Shown piece by piece: positions 37,601-44,905 of a stretch of DNA of 49,325 nt. Under the pieces are notes generated by a model. The model saw nothing but the letters and a program-made list of their open reading frames with translations, searched no databases and was not told the DNA's origin. Source of the DNA: a virus (taxonomy: Duplodnaviria; Caudoviricetes); the IMG/VR virus record IMGVR_UViG_3300044646_000320, positions 1 to 49,325 of that record; one strand, given 5' to 3'. Position 1 is the stretch's first letter. Each line of letters opens with the position of its first letter. A program made the position numbers and the translations under genes.

Positions 37601-40455
37601 CCAAGGCTGCTGACGTTATCGCAGCGGGCCTCAAGCTGCGCGGTTACGGGGTAGAGGAGCAGAAGGCGAAGCGCATTGCCGACGACATCGTCAAGAAGTT
37701 CCAAGACGGGATGATCCCTGTCGGTCGCATGATCGATGAGCTTCGGGCCAACGGCCTGAACATCACCGACGCGATGGACACATACATGCAGGAGGAACTC
37801 TACCACGGCGTCGTTGGTGAAAGGGTCGAGCAGGCGCAGACGAACATGTATCGTCCCCTGATTGATCTTGTCGGCAAGCTCAACGTCACCGATCAGGCCA
37901 AGCAGCAACTCATCTCCGTTTCCAATGGAGCTGCTGCCGGTCGTGGCTTTGCTTCCTACGCCTTCGACGACACCCGCAGCAATGCACTCTCGATGGCTGA
38001 TATCTATCTCTATGCCAGCCATGCAAAGGAGAGGAACGAGTACATTCGCAGCATCGATCCTGAGAACGAGTCAGGGTCTGGCATGAGCGATGCCGAGGCG
38101 GATGCAATCCTGTCGTGGTTCTCAAACAGCTCCTACGCCAACACGGTCAACCAGATCAGGGACGCAGCTCAGAGGATCGTGAAGTACACCAATGAGGTTC
38201 GCCTCGATGGGGGACTGATCCCGAAAGACTTCTTCGAGGTCACAGACCCAGAGACCGGAGAGACGATTGAGGTTCCCCAGTACGACAACTACGTCCCTCT
38301 GAGGGGCAAGAGAGACCCCTCTGGAGAGCTTGTCGATGAGCAGGCCACTGGCCCTTACCGCTCCCCCATGTATGGCGCTCGCCGCCGCGAGGATAGGCGC
38401 TCTCTGGGTCGCTACGACTACGCCGACAACATCATCCCGAACCTGCTCGTCCAGAACCAGAACGCCATCGTCAGAGCCGAGCGCAACAAGGTCGGCCAGT
38501 CCTTCCTGAATCTGCTTCGCTCGGACCCGTCGAAGACCAAGGCGTATGGCCGAATCCTGACACCGGGAGACATGAGGCCTGCGCAGCGCCGCGTCCTGAT
38601 CGAGCGCAAGAGGAAGGATGGAACGACCGTCCAGAAGGTTCAGACCATTCTAGATCCGAACTTCCGTCAGGAGCCCGACATCTTCGTCGTGAAGGAGGAC
38701 GGCAAGGAGGTCATCGTCAAGCTTGAGAACGACGCCATCGCCTCTGCGCTCAAGGGCGACATCTCCGCCACTCACAGCAACAAGATGGTCAGGGTTCTTT
38801 CGACCATCAACCGCTACCTTGCGAGCATCAATACCTCGCTGAACCCCGCGTTCTTCATCACCAACATGTTCCGCGATCTACAGACTGCGGGCGTGAACGT
38901 GGCGCAGTACGAGATCGATGGCCTGACGACGAAGATCGTCAAGGATCTTCCATCGTCTTTGCGCGGCATCAAGCAGTCCATTCGCAATGGCGACAACTCA
39001 TCTCAGTGGGCGCAGATCTACAGGGACTTCGTCAAGAACGGTGGCCAGAACTCTCTGAACCAAGTGAACACTGTCGCTGACCAGATGGCGAACATCAGCG
39101 GCATCATCGGTGACATCGCAGACAGCGGTATTCGGAAGCAGTTCAACCGCGTGAAGAACGGGTTTGTCGGCAAGGGCGCGATGTCGCTCCTCAACTTTGT
39201 CGAGGACTACAACAGCGTCATCGAGAACGGCATCCGCGTCAGCACATACAAGGCCTTGCTCGACAGGGGCTTCACCCCTCAGAGGGCAGCTCAAGCGGCG
39301 AGGAACATCACCGTCAACTTCTCCAAGGGCGGCGACTACAAGACTTTCATGAACGCGATGTTCCTGTTCTACAACGCATCGCTTCAGGGGTCGTTCGCCA
39401 TGCTGAACGCTGCTCTGCGCTCTCGCCGTGTGCAGATGTTCTGGGCGTCTGCAATCGGCGTAGGCCTGATGCAGGACTACCTGAATGCGATGCTGTCCGA
39501 CGAGGATGATGATGGCGTCAAGCTCTACGACAAGATTCCTCAATATGTGCTTGAGCACAACCTGATCCTGCCAGATCCATTCGGCTTCACGGATCGTTCG
39601 TACATCTCGATCCCCATGCCGTACGGCCTGAACATGGCGCACAACCTCGGTCGATCCATGGGTCGCCTGTCTCGCGGCGCATACGACCCGGGAGAGGCGG
39701 CTGGTAGCATCGTCGGCACTGCCCTCAACGTCATCAACCCCATCGGTGGCACAGAGAGCTTTGCGAACTTCGCTTCACCGACGATTGCCGACCCGTTCGT
39801 AGACATCATGCAGAACGAGAACTTCGCTGGTCAGCCTGTCTACAAGGAGGGCTTCCCGGGAGACAGAACTCCTTCCAGCCAGCTCTACTGGTCAACAACC
39901 AGTGTCCCGTCTGTGTGGCTAGCGAACACCATGAACTCTCTGACTGGCGGAACGACAGAGGTGAAAGGCCTTGTCGATGTGTCTCCAGATCTCATCGATT
40001 TCTGGTTCGAATACCTGACCGGAGGCGTCGGTCGCTTCGTACTGCGCACGGCAGAGACCCCGTTCATGGCATATGACGAAGGCTTCTCCGAGGATGTGGT
40101 CAGGAACCTTCCCATCTTCGGGAAGATCATCGGCACCATCACCACGAGAGAAGACACAGGAGAGTACATCGAGAAGCGCAATCAGGTTCTCACCGCTCTG
40201 GACGAAGTGAAGGCAGCGGTTGAAGAAGGAAACATGGAGAGGCTTGCCGCAGCAAGGGAACGCTTCTCTGATGAGATCAAGGTTTCCGGCGCAGTCAGGG
40301 CAATCGACAATGCAAGGATGAAGCTGTCCCGTCAGATGAGACAGGTCAAAGAGAGCAGGATGCCAGAGGAGCAGAAGCGCATCATCCTTGAAAGGCTGGA
40401 TGATCGCATGCAGCAACTCACTGCTCGCGCCAACAAGATCATGAGAGATCTGTGA
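31639..40455 (+). CDS. Giant polyvalent (ejected) protein: zincin metallopeptidase, ART-like domain, two further enzyme-like domains, LPD38-like C-terminus
   Basis: 2938 aa; NHEVIH zincin motif (~34153) with downstream EE.VAE.F; VYYTGT..F..F....GWFT...ASSYA; WYD...TMDRWWMR...QALMWYWEK; FRAVHDAFGH...GEENAW; N.FRD...NF.KGG...FLFYNAS.QG...IPMPYG. Confidence 0.8.
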   Translation: MAVIYVPGPLSGQQYAVNIAGDVPTPAEQARIDQYISQQEAAFQSQYESMFGSVGAEQQPAPEDTTAFGRGIDQGVASLMRAYGSAVEGVGRTTGIETLQQYGADVAARRSEELERLAEAAALEKEREAQGVVGGAATYVGEIAGQSAPQTAVSLAGGIAGAKAGAAVGAFGGPVGAAVGSVIGGLGGAALASLPYFYGDYREQQKEADVEAGRPVEVSEGAAALAAVPASVLDGVLSAVGAKYGANVLKNAAKGGLFTRAARGAAGGVAVEVPTEIGQELLGIVQAGEDPLSDNAIKRYGEAALGAAVLGGGIGAVGGAAVTGRKAEEERKKRELDEDMEELAARGEQYIQNARQSRSKEVAERVVSPQPDLPMLPSPVEPARTTPQEETSLRGRAGMEAITPTRPVLLTDLPLEERVAISRARESAGREASPETTLDEIQAVVGTAASDREAKKQKPITGGVARFGPVENKTFTQEQYDRAVQQVKADKGVSFPKIQKAIRDVTKKTVPNTVVRDIRDEMVRRGVVRADTKSRTGYTLEPVAKTETIETSLRREIDTLNKEIDRSQKDRTNLVEEVRRVEQTGKNSAGKKASAADYNQRLDTLDASIGAAKARVAAAEVEIKNAKDAGRIPSVEAAALESTKVRAPVEAGTVESVQQRMDAISQSISAYDQQISDAEKAAANLRKQQKKVQLNNAQKAQLQQYETTIANLRKLRETAAARIKNPSAVVQAEKERQNAAQARYNSALITEPTNYTPSFDAQQQKVFGALRKRLDNLGLKDVRLEGSQVMLARDQSGKPIGVAEGKYNPTKKIISLSMGIYKPGMSSQELFDSISGVMNHEVIHALRLMNVFKEKEWNTLTNYARNRRYVAIKQGKPTERSYTYAERARAMGYDDGVIDEESVAELFRDYLDGKTTVKGPQRKFFERLKAFFKSLIGVHVDSGFDSPEKIFEDIRFGRIGARERAPVEEPVVRESRAAAQQATMDPDFMKWASEPEGKRVVTDDQGAPVVYYTGTSKDKDFAEFNVSRHGGWFTTNPDEASSYALENDSMGFQRDGWNIIKTNTASRVIPAFIRVANPYRGPKPESVMLKDNYKKAQTEWFDTLRAQGYDSWMPKDTPGLLVVLGDPQQVKSVFARGGVGKKTMSRFSNVPISPRLKALSVIDRIDSDGNFRDVAPRNKKGKRIANVNKEDAVRMLQADRGNFVFDLNDPNSADDIATIMAAEAETALAGDTSALGWYDRLVSLSKRVVSILHPEILVDRDAAHAFDYATAVASNGLSVKDNYILANKQYENWKKTGYFIEGSEGTSGKQGVSMESAFKAYNDMKRPVERGGLGMTDSEIIDFLSSRMTVGDLRKNEVVQRLGINVDAKEKAGTVINGSYIIGPKIGQGFYQNLRGNFDQLTMDRWWMRFFNRITGNPFKTYGENTINNGINRLRDTMVDPSDVPMILQAMKNIDADILTDEVVGQLSIEIDKLYQRAYAAAPKGDKPVKTNVFLAANALRPKIEGELEESPRNATDRDFMRAVTRLAVDKLARATNVRLDMADFQALMWYWEKRLWRSLGIRQGRGEDNDYVDGAIELLRKQGVPDSEILQALPDSERQRLDTGPDTGRDEDEVPSGVGGRLEEKDRIAAEGRDASQRGNSPIDRRYSVVPGRGVGGLGTREAAGRSLAEPEQGLALPPLEPLPGAPRVEGFTGPDPNLVRVAEGYAKSIGLNLRRQSEYVDVDPDRTARIAAAYDAMPHAPQDPKVKEAYQNLIRQTLAQYSALADDGYRFWFTDLSRANNEEYLSSPWNAMRDIRANKRMGVFPTLEGFGSGATELNVEDNPMLEDTGLRWPVGSPDSEQKAPVLANDLFRAVHDAFGHGLEGSGFRARGEENAWQAHVRLFNGSAVGAITSETRGQNSWLNYGPYGDANRSAKVEDTVFADQKTGLMPSWTWEEGRAGDMPQETPAASNPPTQLLRRSMVPVRNSVAANAQRQTARKQTGVIYSKAADVIAAGLKLRGYGVEEQKAKRIADDIVKKFQDGMIPVGRMIDELRANGLNITDAMDTYMQEELYHGVVGERVEQAQTNMYRPLIDLVGKLNVTDQAKQQLISVSNGAAAGRGFASYAFDDTRSNALSMADIYLYASHAKERNEYIRSIDPENESGSGMSDAEADAILSWFSNSSYANTVNQIRDAAQRIVKYTNEVRLDGGLIPKDFFEVTDPETGETIEVPQYDNYVPLRGKRDPSGELVDEQATGPYRSPMYGARRREDRRSLGRYDYADNIIPNLLVQNQNAIVRAERNKVGQSFLNLLRSDPSKTKAYGRILTPGDMRPAQRRVLIERKRKDGTTVQKVQTILDPNFRQEPDIFVVKEDGKEVIVKLENDAIASALKGDISATHSNKMVRVLSTINRYLASINTSLNPAFFITNMFRDLQTAGVNVAQYEIDGLTTKIVKDLPSSLRGIKQSIRNGDNSSQWAQIYRDFVKNGGQNSLNQVNTVADQMANISGIIGDIADSGIRKQFNRVKNGFVGKGAMSLLNFVEDYNSVIENGIRVSTYKALLDRGFTPQRAAQAARNITVNFSKGGDYKTFMNAMFLFYNASLQGSFAMLNAALRSRRVQMFWASAIGVGLMQDYLNAMLSDEDDDGVKLYDKIPQYVLEHNLILPDPFGFTDRSYISIPMPYGLNMAHNLGRSMGRLSRGAYDPGEAAGSIVGTALNVINPIGGTESFANFASPTIADPFVDIMQNENFAGQPVYKEGFPGDRTPSSQLYWSTTSVPSVWLANTMNSLTGGTTEVKGLVDVSPDLIDFWFEYLTGGVGRFVLRTAETPFMAYDEGFSEDVVRNLPIFGKIIGTITTREDTGEYIEKRNQVLTALDEVKAAVEEGNMERLAAARERFSDEIKVSGAVRAIDNARMKLSRQMRQVKESRMPEEQKRIILERLDDRMQQLTARANKIMRDL

Positions 40456-40885
40456 TCATCCTGAATGAGGATGTCTTGAAATGAGCGACTGGTTCGTTGT
40501 CTTGCCAATCGGACCTGTCGCTTCTTCCACCAATCTTTAATGAGAACTCAGACATGAGGTCTATGTATCCAATTGCATCAGACCACTTAACAATAAGAAG
40601 GCAAGGAAGATTTGTGTTTTGATACATTGATCTTGCTGAAATAACTTTTCCAAGAGAAAGAATGTATGTATCATACTTTCCCATGTTGTTTGTTCTTGAC
40701 TTCATCTCGCAAAATGCAACGACGTTTCCATCGCGCACAATTGCGTAGTCGAGAGAGTACCTCAGAGGTAACTTGGAAAAAGAGCATTTGAACTTTCTCG
40801 ATACAATCGAGATTATCTTTATCTCTTCTTCCAAGTCATACTCTGATTCGTACATCGGCCTTGATGTCTGAAGCGCAGAACTCAT
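40439..40885 (-). CDS. PD-(D/E)XK-family nuclease
   Basis: LDYAIVRDG..VAFCEMKSR core; GGRSDR.D.QD.EP tail. Confidence 0.7.
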   Translation of the reverse strand: MSSALQTSRPMYESEYDLEEEIKIISIVSRKFKCSFSKLPLRYSLDYAIVRDGNVVAFCEMKSRTNNMGKYDTYILSLGKVISARSMYQNTNLPCLLIVKWSDAIGYIDLMSEFSLKIGGRSDRSDWQDNEPVAHFKTSSFRMITDLS

Positions 40886-41082
40886 TCAGTGTCTTTCTGT
40901 TTGCTTGCAGATAGCCACTGCTCTACCTCTTGCTTCACCCATCTGAGAGTCTTTGGTCCGAAGACAATAGGTTCAGGAAAGGTCGGATCTTTCTTGGCCT
41001 TGATGAACCTGTATAGTGTCTTCTTGTGTATAGACAGCATCTCTGCCATCTCGTTCATGTCGATCAGTTCCGGCTTGTTCAT
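40882..41082 (-). CDS. AlpA/excisionase-like HTH DNA-binding protein
   Basis: EMAEMLSIHKKTLYRFIK....FPEPIVFGPKTLRW...EVEQWL. Confidence 0.8.
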   Translation of the reverse strand: MNKPELIDMNEMAEMLSIHKKTLYRFIKAKKDPTFPEPIVFGPKTLRWVKQEVEQWLSASKQKDTE

Positions 41083-41534
41083 GGCTGTCCCTTCTTCCAC
41101 TCCTTGAAGCGTTCCCTGATCTCTTCAAACTTTCTTCTGGCCGCTGCGTTGCTCCTGAAGTCAGCGCGGCTCTTGATGTTGCAGGCAGACTTGATGGCGG
41201 ATACGCACTCTTTCTCCATCTCGTCCTCCTCGGTCGCAAAGTCACACATACCGTGCTCGAACAGGAACTGGTAGAAGTGGTCGTTCCTGCACAGCATACC
41301 GGCAGAGGATATCATCTTCTCGATGTGCCTCTGCTCCTCTCTCATGTCAGGCTTGTCTTCGTCGTTCAGCCTGACCATGGCCACTATGTATCTGGTGCCA
41401 ACCCAGTCTGACAAAAGCTCCTGAGGGCAGTCGTTGGGGTGGATGCTAAGGCGCAGGGCCATACCATCCTTGTTCTGGTTCATCGATACCTTGACCGCCT
41501 CGAAGTGGATGGCGGCTTCCCTCACTTCCACCAT
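41079..41534 (-). CDS. Hypothetical phage protein
   Basis: 151 aa, coupled to both neighbours; AGMLC.N..F..FL...C.I.SR..F motif. Confidence 0.7.
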   Translation of the reverse strand: MVEVREAAIHFEAVKVSMNQNKDGMALRLSIHPNDCPQELLSDWVGTRYIVAMVRLNDEDKPDMREEQRHIEKMISSAGMLCRNDHFYQFLFEHGMCDFATEEDEMEKECVSAIKSACNIKSRADFRSNAAARRKFEEIRERFKEWKKGQP

Positions 41535-41842
41535 AGCAGAGCCTTCGCGATCCTGCCGAAGAAGCCACCATTCTTGCCAGTAGAACTATTGTCTACATCC
41601 AGAACTGGTTGCTGACGCCTTTTGTTTTCACTGACACCTCCTTCGACACTCTCTAATTTACTCACAACAGAATATGCTAAAGCAGCTTTGCGTACAGATG
41701 AAAGCTTCGTTGACACAGCAACTCTGCTTCTTTTCATTTTCTTTGCAATATCTTTATCGCTAAGTCCAAGGTTAAATAGATGCATCAAAAGAGAGACTTC
41801 ATTTTCAGTCCATTGCTTTCCGGCTCTATCAAGATCTTTCAT
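41522..41842 (-). CDS. GcrA-like N-terminal HTH protein
   Basis: WTENEVSLLMHLFNLGLSDKDIAKKMKRSRVAV.TKL resembles the GcrA N-terminal domain (WT.E....L..L...GLS...IA......R.AV). Confidence 0.55.
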   Translation of the reverse strand: MKDLDRAGKQWTENEVSLLMHLFNLGLSDKDIAKKMKRSRVAVSTKLSSVRKAALAYSVVSKLESVEGGVSENKRRQQPVLDVDNSSTGKNGGFFGRIAKALLWWK

Positions 41843-42116
41843 TGTAGTTCTCCCAGCTTTTCTTCGCCCAAGAAAGAGGATCTACTCCTTCTAGATCCCA
41901 CCAAGTCTTCTCATCACCGTAGTGATGAAGTGTCATGTGACATGGGTGGCACATTGGAACCACCCAGTTGTCGCCAACCTTGAGAGAAACACCACGCGCT
42001 TCTGCATGATTGACATGGTGCGCCTCACCCGGCTTGCCGCAGACGAGGCAAGGAAGACCTCTGACAGTCTTCAGATATGCCTCGTCTCTGATGGCAATGT
42101 GCTTCGGAAGAAGCAT
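41829..42116 (-). CDS. Zn-binding HNH-like protein (DUF968/Ref-like)
   Basis: YL..VR.LPCLVCG...EAHH......G...K..D.WVVPMC..CH..LH. Confidence 0.75.
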   Translation of the reverse strand: MLLPKHIAIRDEAYLKTVRGLPCLVCGKPGEAHHVNHAEARGVSLKVGDNWVVPMCHPCHMTLHHYGDEKTWWDLEGVDPLSWAKKSWENYNERS

Positions 42117-42125
42117 CTACCAGCT

Positions 42126-42395
42126 TCACTCCACCCGGAAGACGCGGATGCCGAGGGTCTCGTCTTCGATGACCGACCTCGTCACGAACATCACCTTGTT
42201 GCCGGATTCAGCCATCCGGCGAGAGTAGTGATGGACCGTCTGGCGAACGGAACTCATCTTCGCCTTCGGGTTGTCACCGGCGGGCACGAAGAAGGAAGCG
42301 CCGACATCCATGCTGGCAAGAGGGTACAACATCTTGCGCGGCTTCCTGATGCTCTTGGGGGGGACTTCGATGTCGTATTCGATCTGATAGCTCAT
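42126..42395 (-). CDS. Small putative DNA-binding phage protein
   Basis: IE.DI.VPP...YP...MDVG.SFFVP...GIRVFRVE; AGGAG RBS before ATG 42395. Confidence 0.7.
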   Translation of the reverse strand: MSYQIEYDIEVPPKSIRKPRKMLYPLASMDVGASFFVPAGDNPKAKMSSVRQTVHHYSRRMAESGNKVMFVTRSVIEDETLGIRVFRVE

Positions 42396-42408
42396 TTTCT
42401 TCTCCTGA

Positions 42409-42726
42409 TCAGAAGGGGATTTCGTCGTCCATATCGAACTGGTTGGAATTACCATTGTTCGACTGTCTGCTGCTGCCCTGAGAATCGTTCTTCTCGTAGG
42501 GCTTCTTGGCGCTCAACGAGAGGAAGTTCTTCCCCCCATTGCTGACCTTCTTCCACGCCGCGAGGTCGAGTGTCGGGAACTCAACGCCAGACTTCACTTG
42601 AGCGGCGATGCTCTGCACAGCCTCCTTTGACAGGCTGATGTTGCCAGTGAAATCTGGATGGCTCGGTTGCGCCTTCCTGTTGTTCGCGAACAGGACGCCT
42701 CCATCTCTGCTTGGTCTGTTGTTCAC
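42409..42726 (-). CDS. ssb: Single-stranded DNA-binding protein (phage OB-fold type)
   Basis: G.LF.N.......PDFTG.I...L.AW......FLSL; acidic tail DMDDEIPF; AAGGAGG RBS; adjacent to the annealase. Confidence 0.75.
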   Translation of the reverse strand: MNNRPSRDGGVLFANNRKAQPSHPDFTGNISLSKEAVQSIAAQVKSGVEFPTLDLAAWKKVSNGGKNFLSLSAKKPYEKNDSQGSSRQSNNGNSNQFDMDDEIPF

Positions 42727-42727
42727 T

Positions 42728-43441
42728 TCATGCCTCCTTGAGTTCAGACTTGCGCTTCGAGAATGCGGTGATCACCGACTGATGAAGATCCTTGTTGGAA
42801 GCTTCCAGATAGGCGACCGCCTTCTTGTTCTTACTGTAGAAACCGTTCAGCTCCTTCATGTCGCTGCACTGAGGAATGAAGGCGATCATCGTGCTCGCAA
42901 CGATCTCCGGTGCCTGATTGGTATCCACACCATCAGACTGATCTGGAGAGCCGGTAGAGGCCTTACCTGACGCAGCGGTGCCAGACACCTGAGAGGTTGA
43001 GTTGCCGCTCTGCCGGGCCTCTGGCTGGCTCTGAGAGCCGTCCTGCTGCGGCAGGTCTTCACCGGCGTAGATGTAGTGGCCGAGACCATGATAGGCGATT
43101 GCCTTCGTGAGGCAGCGTTGCAGGGAGTTGTTCACCGCAAAGCTGTCAGGGTTCTGGATCGATCTGTTGCGATGATCGAGAACAGGGAGCGTCTCAGTGA
43201 CATCGTTGTCACCTGTCGCATCCAGACCGACAGTCACACGCACGAAGGCATAGCCCTGCTCATCCTTGAAGTAGGGCAGTCCGCTCATGTTCTCGTGCTT
43301 GCGAAACCAAGCTCCGGGGTAGTGCTGCTTCAGAACACCCCAAGCCCACGCCCAAGAAAGGTACGAAAGGCCATTCTTCTTCTCGATGTGCTGCGACACA
43401 TCGATCTTGGAGAGTACACCCCAAGGTTCCTTTTCCGACAT
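42728..43441 (-). CDS. Sak3/DUF1071-like single-strand annealing protein
   Basis: IDVS.HIEKKNGLSYLSWAWAW...LPVLD.RN..I.NP..F.VN..QRCL.KAIA.HGLG.YIYAGEDLP. Confidence 0.85.
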   Translation of the reverse strand: MSEKEPWGVLSKIDVSQHIEKKNGLSYLSWAWAWGVLKQHYPGAWFRKHENMSGLPYFKDEQGYAFVRVTVGLDATGDNDVTETLPVLDHRNRSIQNPDSFAVNNSLQRCLTKAIAYHGLGHYIYAGEDLPQQDGSQSQPEARQSGNSTSQVSGTAASGKASTGSPDQSDGVDTNQAPEIVASTMIAFIPQCSDMKELNGFYSKNKKAVAYLEASNKDLHQSVITAFSKRKSELKEA

Positions 43442-43443
43442 CT

Positions 43444-44331
43444 TCACTCCTCCATTGCTTGCGATACACGATCAACTGCCCACTGCGAGCAGAACTCAGA
43501 CACTGAGCAGTAGTTGGCGCATCTGGTGTATTCACCTTTCCGCACCTCTATTTCCAGCTTGATGGTCGAACTTGCGACGTAGTCTATTGCCTCCTGATGC
43601 GAAGAGCAAAGCTTCAACGCCTTCTTGTTGCCGGGCTTCTTTACTGCCCAGACATCGTTCTTTGCCCACCTTTCTTCACTGGTGCAATCAGCCAGAGTGC
43701 CAAGCAGATCGTACTCCATCTGCGCTGACTGATGGGCAGAGATCCTGTCCTCGATGTAGGCCTGAGCCTTGCCATCGTCCCAGAGGTTCAATCGAACTGT
43801 TGTCACAGGTGACTGCGGATAGTCTGGCTTGAGCATTGCATCCCTGCGGTTCCAGTCTCGGAGGACTGCACAGATGCTGATGCTACCGACAGGCATGCCC
43901 TTAACGCGACGCACCATGTGGGCGTAGATGTTCTGTTGCAGCTCCCATTCCTTCTTGCCGAGGATCACTGACCAGACTGATGTGACCTTGTAGTCGGTGA
44001 TGTGGACGGTGCCGTCGATGATCTCCTGATGATCGATTGCCCCAGACAGCGTCCATCCATTCACGTTCATGAACAGCCGCTCTTCCTTCACGACGTTGCC
44101 GGTGGGGTTCGACTGTTCAAGGATGCTGTGAACGGCAGTGCCGAGCAGCGGCCAGATCATCTCTGATGCATCTGCCTCAAGATCTCCTTGGTGCTCGTCC
44201 TTCAAGATGCGGATGCGAGGGCTGTCGATCAGCGTGGTGACGGAGATGTCAGCATCACCTTTGCTGTAGCGATCTGCCTTGGCATAGTCTACGAATGCCG
44301 CTGGAAGGTCGTGCTTGTTTGTGATCTTCAT
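43444..44331 (-). CDS. Cas4-like PD-(D/E)XK exonuclease
   Basis: GTAVHSILE...EER...SGAID...ITDYKVTS...QQNIY; C-terminal RC..YC.V..FC; AGGAGG RBS before ATG 44331. Confidence 0.8.
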   Translation of the reverse strand: MKITNKHDLPAAFVDYAKADRYSKGDADISVTTLIDSPRIRILKDEHQGDLEADASEMIWPLLGTAVHSILEQSNPTGNVVKEERLFMNVNGWTLSGAIDHQEIIDGTVHITDYKVTSVWSVILGKKEWELQQNIYAHMVRRVKGMPVGSISICAVLRDWNRRDAMLKPDYPQSPVTTVRLNLWDDGKAQAYIEDRISAHQSAQMEYDLLGTLADCTSEERWAKNDVWAVKKPGNKKALKLCSSHQEAIDYVASSTIKLEIEVRKGEYTRCANYCSVSEFCSQWAVDRVSQAMEE

Positions 44332-44348
44332 GGTGTCCTCCTGAGCCA

Positions 44349-44377
44349 TACATAGGCGTTCTGTTCGGAGTAGTCAA
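44349..44377 (-). promoter_or_regulatory. Leftward sigma70-like promoter for the recombination operon
   Basis: TTGACT-N17-TATGTA on the minus strand. Confidence 0.55.
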
Positions 44378-44380
44378 TAC

Positions 44381-44764
44381 ATGTCTCAACATGTCTCATT
44401 CACCATTTTCGGTGAACCAGCATCGAAGGCCAACAGCCGGAAGATTGTCTCCTTCGGCGGTAGGCCTGCCATCATCAAGTCAGCGAAAGCTCGATCATAC
44501 GCTGACTCGTTCAAGTTGCAATGTGCCGCTACTGTTAAGAGTAAAATAGAAGGAGATGTTAAAGTAGAGATTGTTATTTACTATTCTTCTAGAAGACCTG
44601 ATCTAGATGAAAGTGTTATTCTAGATTGTATGCAAGGTATTGTATATGATAATGATAGACAAGTTAAAGTAAAACATATTTACTGGTCTTTAGATAAAGA
44701 TAATCCTAGATCTATTATTAGAGTATCTTCTATTAAAGATATAGAAATACCAGTATTAACATAA
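44381..44764 (+). CDS. rusA: RusA-family Holliday junction resolvase
   Basis: GEP.SKANSR...RRPDLD...ILD.MQG.VY.NDRQV catalytic Asp pattern. Confidence 0.85.
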   Translation: MSQHVSFTIFGEPASKANSRKIVSFGGRPAIIKSAKARSYADSFKLQCAATVKSKIEGDVKVEIVIYYSSRRPDLDESVILDCMQGIVYDNDRQVKVKHIYWSLDKDNPRSIIRVSSIKDIEIPVLT

Positions 44765-44780
44765 CCTAATATATATAGGG
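44520..44780. other. AT-rich TAGA/TCTAGA repeat tract, candidate replication origin
   Basis: TCTAGA at 44588, 44602 and 44620; CCTAGATCT at ~44705; abrupt AT enrichment upstream of the primase-helicase. Confidence 0.5.
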
Positions 44781-44848
44781 GAGATCGGCACAAGGGTTTC
44801 TGGGACTTGTGTGGACATGCAGATGTCATTTCGGACACGAAGACCCTA

Positions 44849-44876
44849 TTGACTTCATGAGCAGCCGAGGTAGAGT
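44849..44876 (+). promoter_or_regulatory. Sigma70-like promoter candidate for the primase-helicase
   Basis: TTGACT-N16-TAGAGT. Confidence 0.45.
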
Positions 44877-44905
44877 GGTCTGGTCAGAGTTGAAACGAGG
44901 AAGCC

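Noticed and set aside
40882-41082. AlpA/Xis-like gene as proof of a prophage
   Set aside because: No integrase, att site or host genes are visible, so lifestyle cannot be determined from this window.
43444-44331. Cas4-like nuclease as evidence of a CRISPR-Cas system
   Set aside because: No array or other cas genes; it sits with a Sak3-like annealase and SSB in an ordinary phage recombination module.
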